A stretch of DNA of 64,000 nucleotides from Oscillospiraceae bacterium (GCA_015063795.1 SVTL01000003.1:29328-93327); one strand, 5' to 3'; counted from the first letter of the stretch, positions 8,124-16,608 are shown. Program-made: numbers and translations. The notes: generated by a model from the sequence alone, not told the origin.

Positions 8124-9296
8124 TCATGTCCGGTCTTTTCTTCTCATCTTGCTGACTGCAACACAGAGCGCAATCGTGATAAGCATATCGGGCAGAGTGT
8201 TTCCGACAATAAGATCGACCCTCATCAGAAGTCTGTAAACCACGAAGCCCACAAGCCAGATCATCAGATTGCGGATGTTGCATGCGCTTGTTTCCGTATT
8301 CTGCTTCAGAAGAAAGAAGTCTGCAATCTGAATGGCGATCATCGGTGCGAACACAGAACCGATCAAATATAGGAAATCTGTAATATCAGCAAGGGGCAGG
8401 AAGATTGCACCGACCGTGCCGATGATGGTTACGGCGACCGCAACCCACTTTCCGTTGATCTTAACTGACAGTGATTCACTGGAGATCCCGGCGGAATATG
8501 CGTCAAGGAAAGTAGTCGTAACCGTAGAGAATACGATAATCAGAAGTCCTGCAAGGCCAAGACCGGCTTTCAGCATAATCTGTGCAACATCGGATTCGCC
8601 GGTAAAGATGGCGGCCCCCATACCGATAATGTACATCCAGCAGCTGACCACACCGTATGTGACAGCACTGACTGCCGTCGCTTTGACGGGCTTTTTTGCC
8701 TCTCTGGTATAGTCGCTGATCAGCGGCAGCCAGGACAGCGGCATCGCGACAGAAAGCTCCACGGCAGCACCAAAGGTCATGCCCTCACCGCTGATATTCA
8801 AGGCACTGCCTTTCCCGAAAATCACAAAGCTGAGAAGGATCGTCAGGACAAACAAGGCTCCCATTGCGACCGTGTTTACTTTGCCGAGATTGTTAATGCC
8901 GATCATAATCCAAAGGACAATCCATGCACCGATCACGATACACCAGATCCAGTTTCCAATGTCAAAGATCCCGTTTGCCGCCAGTGCGCCGTCATAGATC
9001 ATAATGGCTGTCCAGCCCACAAGCTGAAGGATGTTCAGCGCCGAGAACAGCCATGCGCCCTTGCTGCCGAAGCTCATTTTGGCGGTTTCCATTGCGCTTT
9101 TGCGTGCTTTGCCGCCGATCAGTCCGGCAAAGAAGAGCATGGCACAACCGATGACATGACCGATCACGATGGCAAACAAACCCTTTGTGAATCCGAGAGG
9201 GGCAAAGTATGTGCCGGTCAGGATTTCAGCAAGGGAGACCGCAGCACCAAACCAAATCAGTCCGTTTTCAAAAACAGAAGTGCGTCTTTCTTCCAT
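8124..9296 (-). CDS. cytX: hydroxymethylpyrimidine (HMP) transporter CytX, NCS1 permease family
   Basis: Polytopic. MEERRTSVFENGLIWFGAAVSLAEILTGT...SFGSKGAWLFSALNILQLVGWTAIMIY is CytX-like, and the gene directly follows thiD. ATG 9296 sits one nt after the thiD stop; the ORF opens at 9335. Confidence 0.75.
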   Translation of the reverse strand: MEERRTSVFENGLIWFGAAVSLAEILTGTYFAPLGFTKGLFAIVIGHVIGCAMLFFAGLIGGKARKSAMETAKMSFGSKGAWLFSALNILQLVGWTAIMIYDGALAANGIFDIGNWIWCIVIGAWIVLWIMIGINNLGKVNTVAMGALFVLTILLSFVIFGKGSALNISGEGMTFGAAVELSVAMPLSWLPLISDYTREAKKPVKATAVSAVTYGVVSCWMYIIGMGAAIFTGESDVAQIMLKAGLGLAGLLIIVFSTVTTTFLDAYSAGISSESLSVKINGKWVAVAVTIIGTVGAIFLPLADITDFLYLIGSVFAPMIAIQIADFFLLKQNTETSACNIRNLMIWLVGFVVYRLLMRVDLIVGNTLPDMLITIALCVAVSKMRRKDRT

Positions 9297-9297
9297 T

Positions 9298-10110
9298 TCA
9301 CCGCACCTCCTTTGCGTACTCACCCTGCAGGTCAAAGGCGTGATTCATCGGACCGGAGCCTTCGCCAAGATCAAGCATTGCCGCCAAAGCGCCGGAGATA
9401 TACGCCTTTGCTCTTTGTACGGATTCAGCAAGAGGAAATCCCTTGGCAAGATTGGATGCGATGGCACTGGAAAGCGTACATCCTGTGCCGTGGGTATTGG
9501 GGGTATTGATGCGCTTGCCCTCAAACCAAACAAGGTCTCCGTTTGCGTAAAGCAGATCGTTTGCATCGTTGATGCTGTGACCGCCTTTCAGCAAAACGGC
9601 ACAAGGATAGTTGTCTCCGATTTGCTTTGCAGCGCTCACCATGTCCTCTTTGCTTTCAATGGTCAGACCGGAGAGAACCTGTGCTTCGGGGATGTTCGGT
9701 GTCACGAGAGTTGAAACGGGCAGCAATTCTTCGATAAGAGTCTGCACGGCATCGTTTTTCATCAGAGCAGAACCGGAGGTTGCCGCCATCACAGGGTCAA
9801 TGACCACATTCTTGGCATCGTAGTACCTCAGTCTGTCCGCAATCACACGGATCAGCTCGCCGGATGCTACCATGCCGATCTTCACGGCATCGGGATAGAT
9901 GTCCTCGAATACCGCATCAATTTGTTGTTTCAAGAAATCCGGTGTTGATTCTTGAATCGCTCGCACGCCGGTTGTGTTCTGCGCTGTCAGTGCTGTAATT
10001 GCACTCATGGCGTAGACACCATTCATGGTCATTGTTTTCAAATCTGCCTGAATACCGGCGCCTCCACTGCAGTCACTTCCTGCAATGGTCAATGCTGTTT
10101 TCATTTTCAT
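9298..10110 (-). CDS. thiD: hydroxymethylpyrimidine/phosphomethylpyrimidine kinase
   Basis: MKMKTALTIAGSDCSGGAGIQADLKT...GTGCTLSSAIASNLAKG is canonical ThiD. RBS aaaggag. Confidence 0.92.
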   Translation of the reverse strand: MKMKTALTIAGSDCSGGAGIQADLKTMTMNGVYAMSAITALTAQNTTGVRAIQESTPDFLKQQIDAVFEDIYPDAVKIGMVASGELIRVIADRLRYYDAKNVVIDPVMAATSGSALMKNDAVQTLIEELLPVSTLVTPNIPEAQVLSGLTIESKEDMVSAAKQIGDNYPCAVLLKGGHSINDANDLLYANGDLVWFEGKRINTPNTHGTGCTLSSAIASNLAKGFPLAESVQRAKAYISGALAAMLDLGEGSGPMNHAFDLQGEYAKEVR

Positions 10111-10173
10111 TGTTTTTACTCCTTTCGTTTTTCAGCATTGTTTTCTATAGCGGTATAAGGTGGTGCCCCCAAT

Positions 10174-10311
10174 CTACCGCTTGAAGCTGTCGGCTGATTC
10201 GGCCGAAGCAAACTTCCAAAAACGTGTCAGATCCAAATCGTCTGCTCTATCCCATATGAACATGGAATCAAACAGCGTTCCATCAAAGTCGAAAAGGATG
10301 CCTCGAATCAT
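10174..10311 (-). pseudogene. relic of a HAD-superfamily hydrolase gene (first about 45 codons only)
   Basis: Minus-strand ATG overlaps the thiE stop (ATGA). It reads MIRGILFDFDGTLFDSMFIWDRADDLDLTRFWKFASAESADSFKR then stop. DFDGT is HAD motif I. Only about 60 nt remain before thiD, so the other roughly 170 codons are absent. Confidence 0.6.
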
Positions 10312-10949
10312 TCTTCCACCACGGACTTTGCTCGCTCCTTCAGAAGCGCCGTTGCTTTTTCAATATCCTCCGCACCGAAAATAGCAGATACAACGGCTAC
10401 ACCGGAAACAGAGCTGCCCTTCATCTCGCAGACATTGTCGTAGTTGATGCCGCCAATGGCGACAGCAGGAATCGATACAGAAGATACAATCTCCCGGAGC
10501 TGCTCATGGGTGATCCGAACCGCATTGGTCTTTGTGGGGGAAGGAAATACGGCGCCAACCCCCATATAGTCAGCACCGGCGGCTTCCGCGATTTTAGCCT
10601 GCTCTACGGTTTTGCAAGTAGCGCCGATGATAAAATCAGTAGAAACACGCTTACGAATCTCTGCCACAGGCGCATCCTCGATGCCTACATGGACACCGTC
10701 AGCTCCGCTTTTGAGAGCCACCTCAACATGATCGTTGATGATCAGCGGCACATGATACTTATGGCACAAATCACGAACCCGGATGGCTTCCTCAACAAAG
10801 CGGTTCTCATCCATCTTCTTTTCACGAAGCTGAACAATCGTGGCTCCGCCTTTCAGCGCATCCTCGATCTGCTCCAAAAGGGTCTGTTTCCCGACCCAAG
10901 CCCGGTCTGTTACGGCGTACAGCAGCAACATGTTCTCATTGAATTTCAT
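10308..10949 (-). CDS. thiE: thiamine-phosphate synthase
   Basis: LLLYAVTDRAW...GGATIVQLREK...GVGAVFPSPTK...IPAVAIGGI...VSGVAVVSAIF is the ThiE pattern. Confidence 0.88.
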   Translation of the reverse strand: MKFNENMLLLYAVTDRAWVGKQTLLEQIEDALKGGATIVQLREKKMDENRFVEEAIRVRDLCHKYHVPLIINDHVEVALKSGADGVHVGIEDAPVAEIRKRVSTDFIIGATCKTVEQAKIAEAAGADYMGVGAVFPSPTKTNAVRITHEQLREIVSSVSIPAVAIGGINYDNVCEMKGSSVSGVAVVSAIFGAEDIEKATALLKERAKSVVEE

Positions 10950-10950
10950 C

Positions 10951-11556
10951 TCATTTCTCCATGTCTTTCATCAGCCCCGTGACATTTTCACTTACCATCA
11001 AGCTGCTCATCAGGCAAGCTCCGTTGGCTCCCGCATCACGCACAAGGGCGATATTGTCAGCATCGATCCCGCCGATTCCATAGACGGGAATGTCCACAGC
11101 AGCACATACATTCCGAAGAAAATCCGGGCCTCTGCCGGGCAGCCCTTTCTTACAGTCCGTCTCAAAGACATGGCCGGCGGTAATGTAAGTGCATCCCAAT
11201 GCCTGCGCTTCCAGAGCATCCTCCACGCTATGACAGGATGCGCCCAAGTCTGTGAAATGAGCTTTTTTCTCCTGTGAAAGTTCTCTCAGAAGAGGCAGCG
11301 GCAGATGAATGGCATCTGCCTGAAGGGACATGGCAACATCGGGAAAGTTATGCAGGATACACCGCACGCCATGCTGTTCACAGATCTCCATGACCGCCGC
11401 CGCCAGCTCCTTATACTCCTCCGGATTCATATCTTTTTCACGGAGGATGATTCCTGCCGGGTGACAGGCTGCAATCCGTTCGATCCTCGTCAGGAAATCT
11501 TCACGGCACAGCGTTCGGTTGGTAACACAAAGAAGATCAGACATACACATAATCAT
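10951..11556 (-). CDS. tenI: ThiE-fold paralog, TenI-like thiazole tautomerase
   Basis: GHVFETDCKKGLPGRG and IPVYGIGGI...GANGACLMSSL match my recollection of B. subtilis TenI rather than ThiE. Start is one of ATG 11556, 11550 or 11544. Confidence 0.7.
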   Translation of the reverse strand: MIMCMSDLLCVTNRTLCREDFLTRIERIAACHPAGIILREKDMNPEEYKELAAAVMEICEQHGVRCILHNFPDVAMSLQADAIHLPLPLLRELSQEKKAHFTDLGASCHSVEDALEAQALGCTYITAGHVFETDCKKGLPGRGPDFLRNVCAAVDIPVYGIGGIDADNIALVRDAGANGACLMSSLMVSENVTGLMKDMEK

Positions 11557-12790
11557 TCAGAACCGGCTGCAAGCCTTCGCCGGACATATCCTTGTACATG
11601 GTTTCAAGGCTGCGGCTATCGTCAATCTCAAACTGCTCATCACCCTTGACAGCATCCTCTTCCTTGCCGGTATACTTGCTTTCGTGGTCCCCGATGCCGG
11701 TAGAAACGCCTGCAGAGACTTTGGTCGCAGCAATTTTTACAATACCGTTTCTGAACTCTGCACTTTCACGGGAGGATACGGTAATTCCCACAAAGGGCAG
11801 GAAGATGCGGTAGGCGCAGAGGATCTGACACAGCTGCTTTTCCCCCACATCCAGAGGATTGATCTTGTCGTTGTTGATGATCGGACGCAGTCTCGGACAA
11901 GACAGCGACATTTCTGCGTGGGGATATTTCCGCTGCAGATAATACACATGAAGCGCGCTTGCCAGAGCATCCTTTCTGAAATCGGACAAGCCAAGAAGCG
12001 CAGAGAAAGCAACACCGCGCATACCACCCCGAAGGGCTCGCTCCTGCGCATCAAAACGATAGGGCCAGACACGCTTGTGTCCAAACAGATGGAGCGTTTC
12101 ATATGTCTCCGTGTCGTAGGTCTCCTGAAAGACCGTCACATAGTCCGCGCCGCACTCGTGGAGATATTTGTATTCATCGGTGTTCACAGGATAGATTTCC
12201 AGACCCACCATGCGGAAATATTTTCTTGCCAGCTTGCAGGCTTCACCGATATACGGCACATCGCTCTGCGCACGGCTTTCGCCGGTAAGGATCAGGATTT
12301 CCTCCATACCGGAATCGGCAATGACTTTCATTTCATGCTCAATCTGCTCCATGTTCAGCTTCATGCGGCTGATATGGTTGTAGCAGTTGAACCCGCAGTA
12401 AACGCAGTAGTTCTCGCAATAATTGGCGATGTACAGAGGGGTAAATAAGTAAACGGTATTGCCAAAGTGCTTGCTTGTCTCCATACGGGCTTTCTGTGCC
12501 ATTTCTTCCAGAAAAGGTTCGGCCGCAGGAGATAAGAGTGCCTTGAAATCCTCGACAGAGCAAGTCTCGTGATCGAGAGCGGCACGAACATCACGGGCCG
12601 TATAGAGGGAATAATCAAAGGCATTCATCTGCGAGAGGACCTGCTGACAAACATCGGATTCGATGATCTCCATGCCCGGCATATATTCCATGTGATTCTT
12701 ACGACTGGATGGGTCTGTTTCCAGCCTGTGTTTTTTCTCCAGAGCAGCCGGTGACAGATACTCGGAATCTACAAAAAATTGATTTTCCAT
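11537..12790 (-). CDS. thiH: 2-iminoacetate synthase (tyrosine lyase), radical SAM
   Basis: CENYCVYCGF is the CxxxCxxC cluster, in thiazole-operon context. ATG 12790 (MENQFFVDSEYL) follows ggagg; the ORF opens at 12829. Confidence 0.88.
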   Translation of the reverse strand: MENQFFVDSEYLSPAALEKKHRLETDPSSRKNHMEYMPGMEIIESDVCQQVLSQMNAFDYSLYTARDVRAALDHETCSVEDFKALLSPAAEPFLEEMAQKARMETSKHFGNTVYLFTPLYIANYCENYCVYCGFNCYNHISRMKLNMEQIEHEMKVIADSGMEEILILTGESRAQSDVPYIGEACKLARKYFRMVGLEIYPVNTDEYKYLHECGADYVTVFQETYDTETYETLHLFGHKRVWPYRFDAQERALRGGMRGVAFSALLGLSDFRKDALASALHVYYLQRKYPHAEMSLSCPRLRPIINNDKINPLDVGEKQLCQILCAYRIFLPFVGITVSSRESAEFRNGIVKIAATKVSAGVSTGIGDHESKYTGKEEDAVKGDEQFEIDDSRSLETMYKDMSGEGLQPVLNDYVYV

Positions 12791-12878
12791 AAACAACCTC
12801 CTAAATGTCGGAGTTCCGAAGGAACTCATGGGCGGGATACGATACGCTGCAAAATAAAATACACATCATTCCCGCCCT

Positions 12879-13655
12879 TTAATCACGCAGGAAGCCGGTC
12901 AGAGGATCGGAAGCAGAAGCACCACGGGTCAGCACACGGCCAAGGCCGGACAGATATGCTTTTCTGCCTGCTTCGATAGCCTGACGGAAAGCAGAGGCCA
13001 TCAGCGGCAGATCGCCGGCAGTTGCCAGAGCGGTATTTGCCATAATTGCGGCTGCGCCCATTTCCATAGCGTCACAAGCCTGAGAAGGTCTGCCGATACC
13101 GGCATCTACGATGATAGGCAGATCGATTTCATCAATGAGGATCTGAATAAAGTCTCTGGTTGCCAGCCCCTTGTTGGAGCCAATGGGAGAAGCCAAAGGC
13201 ATAATGGCAGCGGCACCGGCGTTGACCATATCACGGGCTGCATTCAGATCGGGGTACATATAGGGCATGACCACAAATCCCTCGTTTGCGAGGATGTCAG
13301 TAGCCTTGATGGTCTCCTGATTGTCGGGCAGGAGGTACTTGGTATCACGCATGATCTCCACCTTCACAAAATGACCGCAGCCAAGTTCTCTTGCAAGGCG
13401 GGCAATACGGACCGCTTCCTCTGCGTTTCTCGCACCGGAGGTGTTAGGCAACAGGGTGATGCCTTCGGGAATATAGTCCAGAATATTTTCATGCTCCTTG
13501 GTGTTTGCACGGCGAACCGCAAGGGTGATGATTTCTGCGCCGGCATCTTTTATTGCAGCTTCAATGAGCTTGATGGAATACTTACCGGAACCCAGAATAA
13601 AACGGGAATGAAATTTGTGACCGCCAATCACGAGCGTATCGTTGTTCATCATCAT
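12879..13655 (-). CDS. thiG: thiazole synthase
   Basis: [26 protein letters not shown]...LLPNTSGA...[11 protein letters not shown]...[11 protein letters not shown] is ThiG. The ORF opens at 13787 inside thiF; ATG 13655 is preceded by gaagga. Confidence 0.9.
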   Translation of the reverse strand: MMMNNDTLVIGGHKFHSRFILGSGKYSIKLIEAAIKDAGAEIITLAVRRANTKEHENILDYIPEGITLLPNTSGARNAEEAVRIARLARELGCGHFVKVEIMRDTKYLLPDNQETIKATDILANEGFVVMPYMYPDLNAARDMVNAGAAAIMPLASPIGSNKGLATRDFIQILIDEIDLPIIVDAGIGRPSQACDAMEMGAAAIMANTALATAGDLPLMASAFRQAIEAGRKAYLSGLGRVLTRGASASDPLTGFLRD

Positions 13656-13668
13656 AAATCCTTCTTTC

Positions 13669-14304
13669 TTATCCTTCCTCTTCGCCTGCGAGAATACGCA
13701 GGACAGTGTGAGCCTGATGTGCGGCGCAAAGCATAACACGAGGGGCGACCAACCCAATGGTATCCGCCGCATCGCTGACTTCATCACCGCATAGGTAAAA
13801 TCGTTTCATCACTTTTCTTGTTTTGATGGTGTTGGGCGTATCCATACCGGCCATACCGGAAGCGGCAACCAAATAGCAATCGGTCAGCTGCTCTAAGACA
13901 CCGTTTACAAGCATTGCCTTAGCCTCTGCCTTGTCGAATGCTTCGCATACAACATCTGCCTCTTTCAGAAGATCTGCTAAATTCTCCTCTGTGATCTTTG
14001 CCGTCACCGCTGTGATTTCCGTATAGGGTGCAATCTCTGACAGATTTTCCGCAAGAGCATCCGTTTTATAGCAGCCAATTTGATTTGCCTTATATTGCTG
14101 GCGGTGCAGATTGGTCATGTCCACACGGTCAAAATCAATCAGCAGCAATTTGCCGATACCGGCTCTCGCCAAAGCGATCGCAATATTGGATCCCAGACCG
14201 CCAAGGCCGCAAACGGCGACGGTTGCTGAGGAAAACCGTTTGTGCAGGGTGGTTCCGTGGCGAGCAATCAAAGCATCCATCCATTCGTTTTTAGAAGGGA
14301 TCAA
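13669..14304 (-). CDS. thiF: ThiS adenylyltransferase (short ThiF/E1-like)
   Basis: [41 protein letters not shown] is the Rossmann/E1 motif. The start abuts the thiS stop. Confidence 0.85.
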   Translation of the reverse strand: MIPSKNEWMDALIARHGTTLHKRFSSATVAVCGLGGLGSNIAIALARAGIGKLLLIDFDRVDMTNLHRQQYKANQIGCYKTDALAENLSEIAPYTEITAVTAKITEENLADLLKEADVVCEAFDKAEAKAMLVNGVLEQLTDCYLVAASGMAGMDTPNTIKTRKVMKRFYLCGDEVSDAADTIGLVAPRVMLCAAHQAHTVLRILAGEEEG

Positions 14305-14499
14305 TCAACCACCTCCCACAAAGCTGACGATTTCCAAGCGATCGCCGTCTTTGAGAATGGTAACATCGTACTGAGACTTCAATACGATGTCGCCATTACG
14401 CTCAACTGCGATTCGTTTGAGATCGTAGTTGGTTGTTGCCAGATACTCCGATACTGTCTTTCCGACAAGATCCAGTTCCGTGTCATTCACTTTTACCAT
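14305..14499 (-). CDS. thiS: sulfur-carrier protein ThiS
   Basis: 64 aa, MVKVNDTEL...DGDRLEIVSFVGGG, with a C-terminal GG. RBS ggaggtg. The track ORF 14305..14829 is an upstream read-through of the leader. Confidence 0.88.
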   Translation of the reverse strand: MVKVNDTELDLVGKTVSEYLATTNYDLKRIAVERNGDIVLKSQYDVTILKDGDRLEIVSFVGGG

Positions 14500-14510
14500 A
14501 ACGACACCTC

Positions 14511-14555
14511 CAAAATAAAAATACGGGAAACCTCCGATTCGGAAGCTTCCCGTGA
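14511..14555 (-). terminator. intrinsic terminator (expression platform of the proximal TPP riboswitch)
   Basis: Minus strand ACGGGAAGCTTCCGAATCGGAGGTTTCCCGT followed by ATTTTTATTTT, immediately before the thiS RBS. Confidence 0.75.
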
Positions 14556-14564
14556 CGCTCACAA

Positions 14565-14652
14565 AAGTCCCTACGTTGGCATTATCCAAATCAGGTATAT
14601 GGGTCGAAGGTTGCACCTTCCTCTCAGCCTGTACTACAAGCTCCCCGTGTAT
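14565..14652 (-). promoter_or_regulatory. TPP (THI-box) riboswitch aptamer, proximal copy
   Basis: Minus strand cGGGGAGC..GGCUGAGAGG..ACCC..ACCUGAUUUGGAUAAUGCCAACGUAGGGA contains all conserved THI-box blocks. Confidence 0.9.
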
Positions 14653-14660
14653 GACATTGT

Positions 14661-14700
14661 AAAATAAAAACAGGAGACAATCCTTTTGGATGCCTCCTGT
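14661..14700 (-). terminator. intrinsic terminator (expression platform of the distal TPP riboswitch)
   Basis: Minus strand ACAGGAG-gcatccaaaaggattgt-CTCCTGT followed by TTTTTATTTT. Confidence 0.75.
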
Positions 14701-14720
14701 AAAAAATCCTTGTGTATGAC

Positions 14721-14806
14721 TTCCTACGGCGGCATTATCCGCATCAGGTGATAGGGTCGAAGTTCGGTTACTTCCTCTCAGCCTGCCAACACAAGCTCCC
14801 CTGTCT
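14721..14806 (-). promoter_or_regulatory. TPP (THI-box) riboswitch aptamer, distal copy
   Basis: Minus strand aGGGGAGC..GGCUGAGAGG..ACCC..ACCUGAUGCGGAUAAUGCCGCCGUAGGAA. Confidence 0.88.
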
Positions 14807-14820
14807 GTATTTCGTTTCGT

Positions 14821-14849
14821 ATTATACATCCGATTTCATGAAAAAACAA
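14821..14849 (-). promoter_or_regulatory. probable promoter of the thiamine operon
   Basis: Minus strand TTGTTT, 17 nt, TATAAT (plus attata 14821-14826), about 10 nt upstream of the distal aptamer. The -35 element is weak. Confidence 0.45.
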
Positions 14850-15013
14850 TAGGTTTTCTGAAAAAGACACAAAATGTTTGTTTTTCGGATGATGCGATAG
14901 AATCGTTATCACAGGCAGTAACGTTCCGACAAGAGGACAAGACGTACCCGTGCCGTAATCTTTCCTCCATTCCACTTCTATGCAACTTGCACCGAAGTTG
15001 TAAAAACCAATTT

Positions 15014-15283
15014 CTACACAACCTGTGCCGAAGGGAAAAGGGTGCTTGTGCCCAAGTTAAGCACAAGCGCCAACCTTGGTCTATCCGATGATTCTTCCAT
15101 GAACTCGAACATCATTCCTGCTCCCGGTTGAAAGCTGTTTTGAACTATCAGACAATCTGTGATCGTTTGATCCTCTCGCACGCAGTCGGTGTCTTTCTCA
15201 AACAGCTCTTTCTGTTCGTCCGTCATGGTTGATTTGACCTTTTCTTCGTTGCTTCTGCGGAAGGAAGAGTCCTCATGTTTCAA
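15014..15283 (-). CDS. hypothetical small protein (doubtful)
   Basis: 89-codon ORF with a TTG start overlapping the upstream stop (TTGA); an internal ATG at 15226 gives MTDEQKELFEKD... No recognisable motif, and its 3' end runs through a terminator-like hairpin (15044-15068). Confidence 0.3.
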   Translation of the reverse strand: MKHEDSSFRRSNEEKVKSTMTDEQKELFEKDTDCVREDQTITDCLIVQNSFQPGAGMMFEFMEESSDRPRLALVLNLGTSTLFPSAQVV

Positions 15284-15765
15284 AAGGGCTTGCGAAGCGA
15301 AAGAAAACGCTCCAGCTCATGAAGCAGGGCAGGGGAGGGATCGATGAGAATGGCCAGCTCCTGTCCGCCGTCGTCAAAGGTGAGAACGAGGCACCGTCTG
15401 ACGAAAAAACGGTTGGCATAGCGGTAAAAGGCGGCGGAAGAGGACGCCTGCTCCTGTTTCCAAACGGCATAGGGCAAGGCCTTTTGCAGTCCTTCCAGCG
15501 GCAGACGGCATTCGGGACGTCTTTTCCCGAAGCGGAGCGCATCGACACAGAAGAGACTGCCCTCAACATAGGCAAGAAAGCTCGTGAGCAGACGGGAGGT
15601 GAGACGGACGGCGATGAGAAGGAGAAACGCGCCCAGCGTGAGGAGCAGGTGAGGGACGAAGGGAGCTCTTTCGGAAAAATCCACGAAGAGCGGCACGCCG
15701 AAGGCGGCAAAGGCGGCGAGAAAGCTCAGAAGAGCGGCAAGCACGGCAATCCCTCCTTCAGCCAA
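15280..15765 (-). CDS. hypothetical membrane protein (two N-terminal TM helices plus a soluble domain)
   Basis: 161 aa. IAVLAALLSFLAAFAAFGV and HLLLTLGAFLLLIAV are hydrophobic helices. The start overlaps the yfcE-like stop by 8 nt. Confidence 0.55.
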   Translation of the reverse strand: MAEGGIAVLAALLSFLAAFAAFGVPLFVDFSERAPFVPHLLLTLGAFLLLIAVRLTSRLLTSFLAYVEGSLFCVDALRFGKRRPECRLPLEGLQKALPYAVWKQEQASSSAAFYRYANRFFVRRCLVLTFDDGGQELAILIDPSPALLHELERFLSLRKPF

Positions 15766-16261
15766 GCAGACGGCGGTCGATGTTGCCGTGGGAGAAGAGC
15801 ATCTGACCGCCTCGGATCTCTAAGATCCCAAAGGAGGGGGAGAGCCCGTCGCGGGGGAGGGACACACTGCCCGGATTGAAGAGATGAAGCTCCCTGCCGC
15901 TTGCCTCGTCGCGGACAAAGGACTGATAGCGGCAGTGGGTGTGGCCGAAGAGAAGCACGTCCGCCTTCTTTTCCATGGCGCGGTAGGAAAGCGAGCTCAG
16001 CGGCGACTGCCAGCCGTGGATGAGAAACAAACGCTTGCCCTCCAGCTCCAGCACCGTCTCGCTGACCGTCTGCACCGAAAGATCGCAGTTGCCGCGGACC
16101 GACACAAAGGGACGGCGGGCGGCATCGCATTCTCCGATGCGTTCAAATTCGGCAACGCCGTCGCCCAAATGGAGAAAAACGTCCGCATCGGGGCGTGAGG
16201 CGACCAACGCCGACATCGCGCGTCCGTTGCCGTGGGAATCGCTGAAGATCATGATTTTCAA
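15758..16261 (-). CDS. YfcE/MJ0936-family metallophosphoesterase
   Basis: MKIMIFSDSHGN...LHLGD...LIHG...LLFGHTH...FNPGS is the calcineurin-like phosphoesterase motif set. Confidence 0.85.
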   Translation of the reverse strand: MKIMIFSDSHGNGRAMSALVASRPDADVFLHLGDGVAEFERIGECDAARRPFVSVRGNCDLSVQTVSETVLELEGKRLFLIHGWQSPLSSLSYRAMEKKADVLLFGHTHCRYQSFVRDEASGRELHLFNPGSVSLPRDGLSPSFGILEIRGGQMLFSHGNIDRRLLG

Positions 16262-16290
16262 AGCAAGGAAACCTCCTGAAAGCGTTCGGT

Positions 16291-16333
16291 TTTGTCAAAG
16301 GGGAGCGATGCTGCATATACTGCCTTTGACAAA
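16291..16333 (+). promoter_or_regulatory. promoter of the small-gene trio bracketed by a perfect 11-bp inverted repeat
   Basis: TTGTCA (16292-16297), 18 nt, TATACT (16316-16321). The arms tttgtcaaagg (16291-16301) and cctttgacaaa (16323-16333) are exact reverse complements. Confidence 0.5.
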
Positions 16334-16344
16334 GAAAGGCGGTA

Positions 16345-16608
16345 ATGGATATGGAAAAAGGCAACAAAGACATACTCGATCAAATCGGAAGCATGGACGA
16401 CGCGCAGCTGAGAGAAGCGATCACGCAGATCGCCTCGTCGTTGGGAGCAAGCGAGGCACAGATCCGCGCCATCACAGCGGATATGGCGAAAACGAAGGGC
16501 GTGATCGGCTCGATCACGGGAAGCGATCTCCGTCGGCTGGAAAAGCAGCTGGGCGAGGAGAAGATGCGCGATCTGAAGACCATCGTCGATGAACAGCGGA
16601 AGGAGTGA
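16345..16608 (+). CDS. hypothetical small protein
   Basis: 87 aa, charged and helical-looking (MDMEKGNKDILDQIGSMDDAQLREAITQIASSLG...). No motif recognised. First of three co-oriented small genes. Confidence 0.5.
   Translation: MDMEKGNKDILDQIGSMDDAQLREAITQIASSLGASEAQIRAITADMAKTKGVIGSITGSDLRRLEKQLGEEKMRDLKTIVDEQRKE

Noticed and set aside
10111-10307. Third TPP riboswitch in the thiE-thiD gap
   Set aside because: No CUGAGA or ACCUGAUCUGGAUAAUGCC-type blocks occur on either strand. The region is explained by a truncated HAD gene frame plus the thiD RBS.
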